From Octopus vulgaris (taxonomy: Eukaryota): a stretch of DNA of 64,000 bases. Below the pieces are notes generated by a model. That model had not been told where the DNA came from. It made no database searches and saw only the letters and a program-made list of their open reading frames with translations. A program made the position numbers and the translations under genes. Where the stretch lies: NCBI GenBank assembly GCA_951406725.2, contig OX597825.1, positions 64,604,001 through 64,668,000 on the forward strand, written 5' to 3'. Of the stretch, positions 39,850-52,028 are shown piece by piece; position 1 is the stretch's first letter; each line of letters begins with the position of its first letter.

Positions 39850-41299
39850 TTTTGTATGAATTACCCTATCCAATGTATTCTTCCTTTTAGCTTTTAATCA
39901 AAACTTTAGCCTCTAAGTTGGAAATTTTGCTGCTATTTCTAGCAGGTCGATCCACTTCATAGAGATTAGTTCTGTAGGAGTAGGGAACTGTTTGTTGTCA
40001 AAGTATCCCTTTCTCCTATCTTGAGTTCCTCACCGCATATTGTTGTTGCTGTTGTTCGCATCTTTTATACTTATTGCTGTGGCTATTTTTGTCGTGTCTT
40101 ACGATTATCATTATGTATTTCAGTAAGCTTCAAGAGAGTTTTTCACTAAATTGCCAACGTATACATAAAGAGCATGCGTACAATATTGTTTTTCTAAGTC
40201 GTAGCAATACACTCTGGTCAGAATAGAGCATCAGCTTCGTTACATCATCAGTCAATTCAAGATACAATGTTTAGTCACTTAAATTTGCGTTCGAATCCTA
40301 TCGAACTCATTTTCTTTTTTCTTTCCTTTAATTTTTTTGTAGTTTTTATTCCACTTTTCCCGTCATCTACAAATAACATACTGTCCCCCCCCCAAATAAC
40401 GGAGTCATTTGAGAAATAATCCCTTTTCATACAGAACGTTATAACATCTTTTGCTTCAGCATCTTCATTCTTATTAGCATTATCCAAATCTACGACGGTT
40501 GATTGGAAGAAATGACTTAGAAATATTTGTTCCGGCTCTTTACGTTCTGAGTTCAAATCGCCACTAATGCTCGATATAATAAATTTCCAGCCTAGATTAG
40601 CACAGTATTGTGGATCATGAATCCAGGTCAACTGGTGGAGGTTACAGCAACAGTTAAACGACGTATCATTTGGCCTACTCTACCCAATACTTTTCAACTT
40701 TCTCTAAACATTCTACAGCAATGCCAATACAACACATAAGCACAAACATATCTTATAACTCTTTCACACAAACTTCTCTCCTTACCCCTCTTTCTCTAGA
40801 AGAGGGCCACACTAAAAGGGATAACGCCAAAAAAAAAAAAAGAAAAATTATCAACGGAATCGGAAGAGCGCCGAAAAAGGTGCATTCTTCTACGTAGTTT
40901 TTGCATTCCAGTTCTGATTTCGAGTCCTTCCAAGTGTAAATTCCAGAGACAAGAAGAACAATAAACGAAAGACATGTGCAGCTAATAAAGTACTGGTGAT
41001 GGAGGTGGCGGCGGCGGCGGCGCTGGTGGTGGTGGTGGTGGTGGTGGTAGTTTTACTCGACTACACTCTTCAATCTAAATATGGCCGCCTCTGCGTGGGC
41101 AATCAACTTGTTATGAATGGCAGCCAAATATTTCTCCTACAAAAAGCACACGTTGGCTACTATGGATCGCACTTCCTTGCACAAGGCAAAACAACCGGGA
41201 TTGTCACAGTTTGAAAGACTTTGTTTGGCTCGATTAAATTTGACTAGGGTTTCCACTACAATAACCTGTGGACGATGCTCCTGTATAAGAATTTCTTTA

Positions 41300-41846
41300 T
41301 CTCTCTATATATAAAACTGAGGACGTCTGTCTGTCTGTGTGTTTCCCTAAGACTTGAGAACTACATAAACAATTTCATTCAAATTTTACACATGCCTTAC
41401 TTAGGGTCCGGGGAGTGTCATCGGCAAAAGAATTTTTAACTTTTTGCCTGGGCGAGCCCACAACAACATCATATCTTCTACACTCTGATTCCCTAAAACT
41501 TGAGAACTACACAACCAATTTCATTCAAAATTTACACATGCCTTATTTAGCGTCCATGTAGTGGCATCGGCAAAAAAAAAAAGTTTCACTTCTTGCCTAG
41601 AGCGAGCCCACAGCAATATCATATCTTTTCCACTATTTCAGAATTACGTGTTAAAAGTGAAACAAAAACATCTCTCTAATGTATGTATATGGATGTGTGT
41701 GTATATATATATTACAAAATATTAAGTTATATCTTGAGATCGTTAGTGACAACAACGCTCAAAATATATAACAGACTGGAATAGTATTGCTGAAATGAGC
41801 TGTATACACTTTTTAATCCGGGGGGGGGCAATGCGAGCAGCAACTA
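41300..41846 (+). mobile_element. Non-autonomous Helitron-like element with an internal ~146-bp tandem duplication
   Basis: A|TC start, tctatatataaaa..gtctgtctgtctgt head; duplicated units 41343-41484 and 41489-41634; 3' end uncertain. Confidence 0.55.
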
Positions 41847-41971
41847 CAAGATCACTACAAAATCCACAGAAATATCAAACACATACATGTATTCATATAT
41901 TCATTTATATCTACAGAACAGACATGAAGCCCGACGTTTAGAAATATATAGTAATATATAAATATATATAT

Positions 41972-42137
41972 AGGCGCAGGAGTGGCTGTGTGGTATGTAG
42001 CTTGCTAACCAACCACATGGTTCTGGGTTCAGTCCCACTGCGTGGCACCTTGGGCAAGTGTCTTCTGCTATAGCCCCGGGCCGACCAATGCCTTGTGAGT
42101 GGATTTGGTAGACGGAAACTGAGATAAGCCTGTCGTA

Positions 42138-42184
<47 letters not shown>

Positions 42185-42400
42185 GTGTGTGTGTTCGTGT
42201 GTCTGTGTTTGCCCCCCCTAGCATTGCTTGACAACCGATGCTGGTGTGTTTACGTCCCCGTCACTTAGCCGTTCGGCAAAAAGAGACCGATAGAATAAGT
42301 ACTGGGCTTACAAAGAATAAGTCCCGGGGTCGATTTGCTCGACTAAAGGCGGTGCTCCAGCATAGCCGCAGTCAAATGACTGAAACAAGTAAAAGTGTAA
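41972..42400 (+). mobile_element. SINE family A, full length
   Basis: All modules present. Confidence 0.93.
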
Positions 42401-43048
42401 ATATAAACATCATATAAAAATATATTGTACGCATAAGATCCACTCGACGTTCCATAAGAAATTTAGAAATAAAAATTGCAATAAAAGTTAGAGGTAATAA
42501 TAACAATTGAATTAAATATAGTAAGTAGTAATTAAAATAAAGCTAAAGTATGGTAATTAAATCGTAATGTAACAATTAAAAGAAAAAAATAGCAATTAGG
42601 ACTTGAACTCGAATATGTGGCTTTGCATGAATGGGAGAAATTAAACGATGAAAAATTTAATTGAGTGAAGAAGTGAATTAGTCCAGATGGAGCTGTGCGC
42701 ATACCATTTACTATAGCTGCTAGATTGAATTATATGCTTATAAAGTAGCATTCAGTATCCATGAGAATTTGGGGAGTACGTAATGTCTGGTCTTTTGCAT
42801 GTAGCAGGTATGTAATCGTGCACTTGTTTCCGTGTACTATGTGTTGTGTGTAAACAACATCCTGACGAGGGGAGTGTCAATTTTAAGTATATGATATGTT
42901 TCATATTAATTGGTACATCTCTTTTATGTATTTTTGTAAATTTGTATATTGATCTTCTATGTATTTTTCTCTGGAATTTTAATTCGTCTTTTTAATGTCA
43001 TTGTATGATTCATTACCCCAAATTTTTAATTTAACAAATTTATACCAT

Positions 43049-43075
43049 ACTAGCAGTATGACCCGGCAACGATCT
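43049..43075 (-). mobile_element. Helitron-like 3' end fragment
   Basis: Minus strand reads cgttgccgggtcatactgCTAG|T. Confidence 0.4.
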
Positions 43076-43299
43076 CAGAAATGTAAAGAATTCATATATA
43101 TGACAGTGTTATCATGGTTAAACATCTTTTCACAATTGCAGGGATGTGATTTCATTGATATATGTCTGATATACTTAGCGAGCCACAAAATGGAGTAGGT
43201 ATCCCACATGTGGGACGGTGCTGTTGTTGAAATAGAGACATCCTAGACCACATCTGAAAAACCGGTACCCGAGGGTATGGTGGCCAGGTACTCCGTCAG

Positions 43300-43575
43300 T
43301 TTCGTGAAGAGTGTTCCAGTTGATCTCATCAATGGACTAGCCAACTCATGAAATTAACGTGCAAGAGGAGGAGCACTCCAAAGACACCTCAGAGATATTC
43401 AGCATGACCCACTGAATGCGGCGTCTTTTGAGCTGCAGGTGCAACTTATTCTTACCAGCTGAGTGGACTGAAGCAACGTGAAATAAAGTGTCTTGCTCAA
43501 GGCTTCAATGCGCCGCCTTGAATTGAACTCACGACTGTACGATTTTGAGCCGAATACACTATCCAATAAGCACGT
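43300..43575 (-). mobile_element. tRNA-headed SINE, diverged
   Basis: Minus strand: gagttcaattc...ccttgagcaagacactttatttcacgttgct. Confidence 0.7.
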
Positions 43576-44486
43576 GAGTGTTTGCAAGAAAGTCACTCAC
43601 AGATCCAACCTCTGTTTTATAAGCATCCGGTCTCCTCTCTCCGCCATTTTCACCACTGCTACAATGGATGTTCTTGCACTTCCGTCACTCAAGTGTCTCC
43701 AACAAACATCCTCTTTTCTTCATCCTTCTTGTACCCAGTACCTCAGTCTCCACACTAATTATACACCCAGTCGTTATTCAGAACGTTTACTGTCTAGAAC
43801 TTTTTTCCATTTTTGTATTTCCCTTAGGTGTTGTCATCAATCTCACCCTATTTTGAGGGTAATTGCGAAGCCACAAAAACTGTCCTCCCGCAGACGTATC
43901 CAGTAAAATACATAGATAAATAAAAATATTTAAAAAGTAGCACTTTCCTTTTTACATTACTTTCAATGGATGGGAAAATTTAGTACGTAGAGCGCCGGAC
44001 AGAATTTGTCTTCCGCTGTAATCTGAATTCTTTACGTTTCTCAGATCGACGTCGGTTGATTTCGACTTTTCCTCCCTGTGAATCCGACAGAGACGATATC
44101 TGTCACTTGCTGGGGTTTGGTGTAATCGAATAAATCCTTGTTCTAACACTGTGAGGTGTTAGAAATATACTTAGTTGAGCAGAATCGATAGAATGCCAAA
44201 TGAATTATTGCCTAACATTAAGTCCATAACTTTCTAGACGCGATTCGTGCTGAGGTTTTCTGTCACCTTTCAGGAGTTAATAAAGTTAATTGTTAGTGAG
44301 GTAGGGATTTCGATATAATCCATTGTGTCACTACACAAAATTATATGTGATTATTTTAGAAAGCATTATTGTTATACGTTAAATGAAAGTCCAGCATTAA
44401 GTTAGAACCGTACCAAATCAATACAGAGTTGTACCGCATCCTTATCTTTCATGAGAAGAAATGAACAAACGCAGTAAAGAAATTAT

Positions 44487-44655
44487 ACCAAATCAGTAAA
44501 GACTAATGTCAAACTATTATTGGTATATATAAGATGATATAGCAACGTTAACGGAGAGTTGTACCAAATCAGTAGAGACTAATGTCAAACTATTATCAGT
44601 GTATATAAGATGATATAGCAACATAAACGGAGAGTTGTACCAAGTCAGTAGAGAG
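44487..44655. repeat. ~75-bp minisatellite, about 2.2 copies
   Basis: taccaaatcagta.agactaatgtcaaactattat at 44487 and 44562, partial at 44638. Confidence 0.9.
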
Positions 44656-45652
44656 CTGTAACAGATACCTTATGCTATTTATTGGCCGCTTTTTGTGTCC
44701 CACTTTGAATTTAGATGAGACCACTAAACTGTGGAACTTAACAATTTGACGAATATTTCTAGCAAGCATAATGAGCATGTCAAGGCACCATTATAGCTTC
44801 TCTATTACAAATATTAATGAATTATTTCGGGGGAACGAACACAGGAATACATATTGAGCATCATTTGGAAATTTATCTTGGTGTCGGAGTTGCTTAGCTT
44901 AAGGTAAACCATTATAGAGCTACATGCAGGCGGTAGGTGGAGTTAATGATATTACAGGTACACTGCATCCGGAGTGCTTCGAGAAACTTTCTTCTTGCCC
45001 AGTTTCACACACGAGACACTGGTCAGACAGGAACTATGGTGATAGTCACTGACCCATATTTCCATATAGTGGGATCGAACGCAAGACCTCGTGATACCTA
45101 AATGAAGATTTTAGTCATTCTGTCATGCTGCATCCATCATTTTCGTATCAGACAGTTAATTGTTTGTGAAGTTGACCTCGGTTGTCTTTCAACAGAAAAC
45201 ACAAAATGTCGGTTCTGCAAATCCATCAGACACATACACGCGCACACAAACACACACACATAAACACACACGTACACACACATCCATGCACACGCACACA
45301 CTGACGTGCACACACACACACATATGCACACACACAGACAAGCTAACAGAGACAGTCATACACATATATATTAGATCTAATGCATTATCGTTACAGTACT
45401 CTGCTCTCTGAAATCAAATTCAGCCAGCATCAACGTTGCTTTTTCATTTTGCGTGTCGATAAATAATGACCCAGTGCTACACTGGGGTCAGTTCTTTCAG
45501 CCTCACATTTATTTCTGTGTCTCTTTCGAAAGTATTGCTTAATAGTCAGGTAGAGTGAGGTATGGAGTCAACCAAGTATAAAAAAATGCACAAGCCTGCC
45601 GTGTGGCGTAACGGCTTTCTTAGAACTTCCTCTAAGGATTTCAGAGCTCAAA

Positions 45653-45684
<32 letters not shown>

Positions 45685-45692
45685 ACACGTAT

Positions 45693-45988
45693 ATGTTTCA
45701 ATCAGCCATGCTTAAGCACCGTCTAGAAGGGTTTAACCGAGGAAATCAACCCCTCTATGAAGTGGATCGACTTGCTAGAAATGACAGCAACATTTCCACC
45801 TCAGAGGCTAAAGTTTTTACTTTAAAGCAAGCCTTACACGTATTCTATCGGTCTTATTTGTCGAACCACTCTGTCACGGCAACGTCAACAAACACTGTTT
45901 GTCAAGCGGCGGTGGTGGTGATAGAACAAACACACAAAGACACATACACAAAGACACACATACATACATACATACATACATACATACA

Positions 45989-46022
<34 letters not shown>

Positions 46023-46195
46023 CAAAGACACACACAACAGTGTTCTGTAAGAATTTTTTTCGACCAAATCCACTCACAGGGCTTTGGTCGGCCCGTGTCT
46101 ATATTAGGAAATACACGCCCAAGGTGCCGTGCAATGGAACTGAAACCAGAATCATGTGGTTGGAAAGCAAGCTACCTGCACCACAGCTACATCTC
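45693..46195 (-). mobile_element. SINE family A, diverged, with (TACA)n and a family D fragment inside
   Basis: ccaaatccactcac..ctttggtcggccc..cccaaggtgcc; tail remnant at 45693. Confidence 0.8.
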
Positions 46196-46634
46196 CGTCT
46201 CTCTCTCTCTCTCTCTCTCTCCCCCTTTCACTCTCTCTCTCTCTCCCCTTCTCTTTCTCTCCCCCTCACTCTGAGAGCTCTATATTTTCGATTATGATTA
46301 TTAATTTACTCTTTCCATCAACTGAACTGCAAATGTCATTAAAGTAGTGAGCAGTTGGCTGAGTATTCCACAGACACGCGTATTCTTAATATAATTCCCA
46401 TAAGTATATGGTAGTAACACTTTCTCACAAGGCTAAGTCGGTTCAATTGTAGTTACTGTCCATCCGCCAGATTTCCATATAGGTCCCATGAAACAGATTT
46501 TAGTTGGTCAACCCTTGACCAACTTTGTCCGAAGCGAAATGGAAACTGTACCCTCGTGATTATGAACCGAACTTTTTAACCTTTCAACCATTCTACGCAT
46601 ACACACACACGCACACACATATATATGTGTGTGT

Positions 46635-46946
46635 GGAGGCGCAATGGCCCAGTGGTTAGGACAGCGGACTTGCAGTCGTAGGATCGCGGTTTCGATTCCC
46701 AGACCGGGCGTTGTGAGTGTTTATTGAGTGAAAACACCCAAAAGCTCCACGAGGCTCCGGCAGGGGGTGGTGGCGATCCCTGCTGTACTCTTTCGCCACA
46801 CCTTTCGCTCACTCTTTCTTCCCTAGGCCTGCTCGCTTAGCCAGCGGGGTGGCGTCATTTGAAGGCTAAAACAATGTGAAGCGCATTGTGACCAGCGATG
46901 TGTACCAGCATCTGATAGCCTGGTCGGTCACGGGGATCACGGTGAT
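46635..46946 (+). mobile_element. tRNA-headed SINE, full length
   Basis: ggaggcgcaatggcccagtggttagg...ggtttcgattccc; ~310 bp body. Confidence 0.88.
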
Positions 46947-47006
46947 ATATATATGCATGTATTTATATGTGCGTACACAGAGAAAGTATGATCATAAAAT
47001 ATATTG

Positions 47007-47148
47007 CTTTCAAATTTTGTCACAAGGCCAGCAAGGCTGAAATTCAAAGTCGACCTCAGCGGCATTTGAATTCAGAACGGAGAGACGGACGGAATGCGGT
47101 TGAGCATTTTGCCCGGCGTGCTTAACGATTCTGCCATCCCGTCGTCTT
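47007..47148 (-). mobile_element. SINE family B, internally deleted
   Basis: aaagtcgacctcagcggcatttgaattcagaacg. Confidence 0.8.
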
Positions 47149-47797
47149 ATGTTTATAAAATATATCAAAACACATACAAAATGCTTCGTTTAAATAATTT
47201 TGTTAATCTCAGAACTAGAAAATGAATAAATATATATATATACATATATATATATTCACAGTAAGGGAGCGGGAGAGAGAGTGTGTAATACCCGTTTTTA
47301 TTATCATTGTTGAGGTCTTTCATCATGCTAGGGTCGATAAAATAACGGACCATCATACCACCATAGTCGATATTAATATATAATCGACTGTTCTTCACCC
47401 ACGCCCTATGAAATATTACTCGCCTATTTACTCTGATAGAAATTGTTATTGTTTCGGTTGATTCATAACGGTAGTGGTTTAACCCAAAGTTGGTCAGCTC
47501 TGATTGAGCAGATGCGGAATCAAGACTGTTCTGTGTCATCCTGACTTGTATGTCTAACGTATTATTTTCTCCCGTTTATTTCTTTTCTCTAAAGATTAAG
47601 ACAATTAAAAAAAAAAAAAAAAAAAAAAAACATTTCGAAACTGTAGGGAGTGCGATTTAAAGTTTATTCTGACTGTTGTTTCTAGCGTACGTAGCAGCAA
47701 CTAAGAACCCCTCGCTGAGTTGTACTAGCAGGAGACGCTATATGTTTAGTATAGTGACTACGGGTGGCTCCCACTTTCACAGCTAGCACTTGGAATG

Positions 47798-47939
<142 letters not shown>

Positions 47940-48271
47940 ACTTACATATGTGCACACACATACACATACACACACACATACAGTGCCATGAAGTGAACTC
48001 ATTTAATGACTTGAAGTAAATATATGCGTTTAGCTATCGCTACTATCACAGAATCATCCCCGTTGCTATCAATAACCAACAACAGCAGGGATATTACCGT
48101 TTTGGTTTAACGTGATAATTTCTGGTTCCTGTACGTATCAAGCTATCGCGATTTCGATCTCAGCTACTTCTCTCGTCTGTTCTTCGACAATTCACCCGGC
48201 TTCTTTCCATATACGTTTTTTCCCTTCATCGCCTCGGCTGACAAGCTCACGCAGCTGCCTCGCCTGACAAA

Positions 48272-48332
<61 letters not shown>

Positions 48333-48600
48333 ACACACACACACACACCTCTATTTGTTGACTTGTATTGCATAAATGTGAAATATGTACAGTGTATATG
48401 AAATCCTGAATATATTCCTACACACACAACACACATACCAACACATTTACAGAAACACATACATGCATACACTCTTAGTCAGACGCATGCGTATACCGGG
48501 AGCATGTATGTATGTATGTATGTATGTATGTATGTATGTATGTATGTATGTATGTATGTGTGTGTGTGTGTATGTATATATATATATATATATATATATA

Positions 48601-48712
48601 ATAAACCTTTACATAAATAAATAACGTGAAATACACGAAGGGACGAACAAAAAGACAAACGGGTCATTCAAAGCCTTCATTCTTCAGTCAGAAACTGATC
48701 CCTCATCGCAGA
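48601..48712. mobile_element. (TA)n-embedded short unique module
   Basis: Non-repetitive ~110 bp between TA-rich tracts; same context as the PLE-like modules. Confidence 0.35.
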
Positions 48713-48970
48713 TATATATATGTATGTATATATATATAAGATCTACGCCGCACATATAGCTATGCATAAGTGTACATACACAAACGTATATATGTAGTTA
48801 TGTTTGACAAGAATTTTATAGAGCTTCGAAAGAACACGAAATAATTCTTTGTGTTCTTGGCATTGGCATTGTGGATTTTGATTCTATCCAAAAGGGTTTT
48901 TCAATTCTATATTTACATACTGTTATTTATAGCCTTATCTGTGCTTCGAGATTCACAATTTCCAAAAACA

Positions 48971-49008
<38 letters not shown>

Positions 49009-49088
49009 TATACACACACACACAATCATTCTCACATAGACACATCTACACATATACGCATATGTGTATATGCACATGTATACTTATC

Positions 49089-49126
<38 letters not shown>

Positions 49127-49567
49127 GGGAATGTATCTGTGTATGCACTTCTGTTGCAAATTTAGGTTTCGTGTTACGTAAACTCACACATACACATGCA
49201 TAGAAGCACACACACACACAATAATAAAAAAAAGCACAGACTCGTACACATGTACCAGACCCACTCAGGCATATATTCCCGGACGCATGCTTAGGCACTT
49301 ACACAATCAAACACTTACACACACATAGAAGCATACACACTCATACTTTCAAAAACAAACACACACACACATGTACATCGTATGCACAGACATGCACGCA
49401 CGCTCGAATTTCTCTCTGCTTTCTTCCCTTCTTCTTTCTCTCACTCTCTTTTTTTACGCATGCACACAGAAACGCCGATACGCATAACCACAATCGCGTA
49501 TACATACATAGTGATTCATACACACACAAACACACATGTATATCTGTCTTGCCCTTTTTTTTTATTT

Positions 49568-49610
<43 letters not shown>

Positions 49611-49612
<2 letters not shown>

Positions 49613-49715
49613 GGAGTAAACACATAAATGTGAAACAAGGTGGAAAAAAGGGTACTCAAATACCAGTGGTAGAGTAATATGCTTTATTCCTGAATTTTCT
49701 GCTGCTTTGAATAAA

Positions 49716-49716
<1 letters not shown>
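49611..49716. mobile_element. (TA)n-embedded short module with terminal foldback
   Basis: atatgctttattc / gaataaagtatat inverted pair; long (TA)n on both sides. Confidence 0.45.
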
Positions 49717-49762
<46 letters not shown>

Positions 49763-50560
49763 CACCATACAATGTTTATACGTACATGTATATTCATATA
49801 CAGTTGCGCTAATACACAAATATACGCTCTTTTGCTTTTACTGTTTACTTATATATACAATTATGCACACACATATACACACATATATGCACACACGGTG
49901 CGTATACACATGCACATACAAAAGCATATATACACTCGCACATACATAAGCTTATATATAATCTTTATCTCTCTTCCCCTCCTGTCTCAGCCGTCTTTAC
50001 ACTACCAGACCAAATAAACATACGTTCGTGCATTCATACAAACATACACGAGGACACACACACGCGTGCATATGCATACACATACGCATACGCATGCGCA
50101 TGCACACATGCACCACACACACACACGCGCGTACAGGGCAACGAGGCAAAGCTATTTCGCATGTTGGTTCCATGCTTAATTCTATATCAACCACGACCGT
50201 TATTTCGTTAGTAGCAATCAACAGATCGCTTCTAGTAGATTCTCTCCGTAATCAAAAACCGTGTAACAGATGGCGCTACTGAAATGGCGGCGGCGGTGAT
50301 GTTGTCGGTGGTGAAGACGGTGGTAATTAAAATGGGAGCATATTGGCAATGGTAGATTTTTACGGTGGTGTTGGTAACAGCGATCTTGTATGCAGTTGGT
50401 GTTGTTGTTGTTGTTGTGATGGTGACGTTGATGTTCTTATAGTTTAGCCCCAGGCAAGTTCAGAATGAGCCGGCCTATGATCAAAGGCATTCTATTCCAG
50501 CTGTGTTTTTTCATACGCACAGGGAGGGCACCTAAGACATCTTATCCGAGTCGTCTCTTA

Positions 50561-50610
<50 letters not shown>

Positions 50611-50729
50611 CACTCACACAGAGTTTTATAAATATATATATATTTTTTTGAGTGTGTGTTGAAGACAGTGGAGTATAACTTAAGGGCGACTTGACGTCTA
50701 TTTTTAGCAGAGTAATCATTCACAAAGTC

Positions 50730-51230
50730 TCCCTCATTGGTGATAGTAATATGGAAGATTGGTAGCAGTGTGGAAACGATAGTATGACAGTGGTAGTTAA
50801 ACAGTAGGTAGCAGTAGTGTGATAACAGGCGAATGATTAAAATATATGTGACTGCTATTTCTAGCATATTTTGTCGCTGCGAGGAGACGCGACGCCTTCG
50901 ATGCCTGCTAATATTTTTGGCAATGATGGTAGCTGTTGAATAAAAATTATTATGGTATTGGTGATAGTATTTATAACAGCAGCGTGGTTGCAGCTGCTGT
51001 TGTGATGGTGGTGTTGCCACTGTAAGTGGAAGGGTAGTACAATGTGATGGTATAAGCGTTATGATTGTTTTGATGGTGTTGTGATGATGATCGTATTGGT
51101 GCAATAATGTCGGTGTTGGTTGGTATATATTTTTGATGGTGTTTCTTCTGTTGGAGATGATGGAATTATTGTCGTGATGTTGATAGTGTGACAGTAGTTG
51201 TTGTGATGATAAGGTTGTTGATAATAAGAC
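50730..51230. repeat. Decayed (TGN)n trinucleotide low-complexity tract
   Basis: GTA/GTG/GAT/GTT periodicity explains the 255-aa ORF. Confidence 0.75.
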
Positions 51231-51496
51231 ATATTCATGGCAGAGTAGTTTGGCAGAAAAGTTGTCTTCGCAATAATTAGGTCCAGGTTTCAATCTCAAT
51301 GTGCAGTGGATTTTAACTTACTCATAACTCGCGGCAAACCTTGTAAAAAATAGGTAGAGATTGTACAGAAGCAATACGTGTAACACAAAGTGGAACTTTT
51401 TCTCACAATGCGCAGTGGTGCAGTAAGTTTTCTCAGCGCCTAGGAGCAAAGGCACTTTGGCCCACAATCTTCATCCCTCCTCTCAGGGGTTAGTAT

Positions 51497-51607
51497 CCCC
51501 TCGGACCGTTCTCTTGTTATATCTCTATCATTACGTATCACTGATGTTCGAAGATTACATAAAATGCACAAGTGTCTATATGGACTCACGAATGGTCGAG
51601 AGGGTTA
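51497..51607. mobile_element. Possible piggyBac-like MITE
   Basis: cccctcggaccgttc ... gaatggtcgagagggTTAA imperfect TIRs. Confidence 0.35.
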
Positions 51608-51938
51608 AAAGTGTGCATTGCTCTCATGTAGCTTAAGGTTCAATGATATTGCGAGACATTTTAGAGAAGTGAATTTAGAAAAGTCTCAAGACGAACACTA
51701 AGCTTTGTTAATGAAATTGCATAACAGGAGATGGTGTGAAATCTCGTTGACTGGCAAGATGGTACCCGTAATTCAACTGTCCGAACTTGATATATATTGT
51801 CTCCCGCTGATTCGGCTTAGAGCTTGGGAATTTCGTTAGGAGTTCACCTGTCAGTAGAATACACAACCGCTTAAACATTGATTTAGTAGACAGTCAACGA
51901 CACATAAAATTATAAACAGAAACGTACGCTGCCTCTTA

Positions 51939-52028
51939 AGGCGCAGGCGTAGCTGTGTGGTAAGAAGCTTGATTCCCAACAATATGATTCCGAGTTCAGC
52001 CCCACCGCGTGGCACCCTCGGCGAGTGT
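51939..52028 (+). mobile_element. SINE family A, head only
   Basis: aggcgcaggcgtagctgtgtggtaagaagc... Confidence 0.85.

Noticed and set aside
40899-40965. Acceptor-like ttttgcattccag as exon 2 of the candidate gene
   Set aside because: In phase 1 it reaches a stop after 17 codons and has no good donor.
46635-46710. tRNA gene-like sequence (also 54886, 58540, 17170-17236)
   Set aside because: A/B boxes present but they run into SINE bodies without an acceptor-stem 3' strand or terminator.
50532-51299. 255-aa His/Thr/Gln-rich ORF
   Set aside because: Decayed trinucleotide tract; no domain motif or splice support.
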